Shown here in pieces: positions 37,101 to 37,333 of a stretch of 37,333 nucleotides of DNA (within the stretch, counting starts at the first letter, position 1; every line of letters starts with the position of its first letter). The position numbers were made by a program, and so were the translations under genes. Source of the stretch: Welwitschia mirabilis (Eukaryota). The stretch covers positions 6,798,027-6,835,359 of the forward strand of contig JBOZIK010000001.1 of the NCBI GenBank assembly GCA_051453625.1. Reading direction: 5' to 3'. Under the pieces are notes generated by a model, which saw nothing but the letters and a program-made list of their open reading frames with translations, ran no database searches and had not been told where the DNA came from.

Positions 37101-37333
37101 TTGTCTTTTCCTCAACAAATTCTTAAACCAACCATGTTTCTATCTATTAAGTAAGGCTTAAATCTTAATGATGAAGATAAATCCTCTATGCCTTTGAAAC
37201 CATATTCTAATACTTTTCTTGATGACCAATTATCTTCTTTAATGGCTTCCAATCTATCATTGTCTTTACCTTAAAATGATGTCTTGCATGAGTAGTTGAC
37301 TAAATAGGAATAGGCCAAGGAATAGAAATTTTT
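34130..37333 (+). mobile_element. Decayed Athila-like Gypsy derivative, unit 2 (LTR end ~34873, leader, gag remnant; runs off the window)
   Basis: ccctgtgg..cactacaaagctac..gaCA followed by ttggcacggt (34876). Leader motif ggtactgatc..ttcca is shared with 31826. KLPTFYE..IISFRNEE (~36160-36260) parallels unit 1. Confidence 0.5.

Overview
AT-rich eukaryotic (land-plant-type) genomic DNA from a gapped draft assembly. Most of the window is a nested set of heavily decayed retroelements. These include a CRM-like Ty3/Gypsy remnant, several Ty1/Copia remnants (two are copies of one family lacking RT/RNase H), an L1-like LINE remnant and two Athila-like units. Only two short stretches retain CpG and show plus-strand splice signals: about 11.5-12.3 kb (probable 3' end of a host gene) and about 19.4-20.25 kb (probable promoter and first exons of another). 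I could not name either gene. Twelve exactly 100-N gaps are flanked by duplicated, slightly diverged sequence, most likely uncollapsed haplotypes rather than real tandem duplications. No intact long ORF, RNA gene or CRISPR array is supported. I see no convincing novel biological system. The best leads are the non-autonomous Copia family, a double-PBS/TRIM-like junction and the two CpG-retaining gene fragments.
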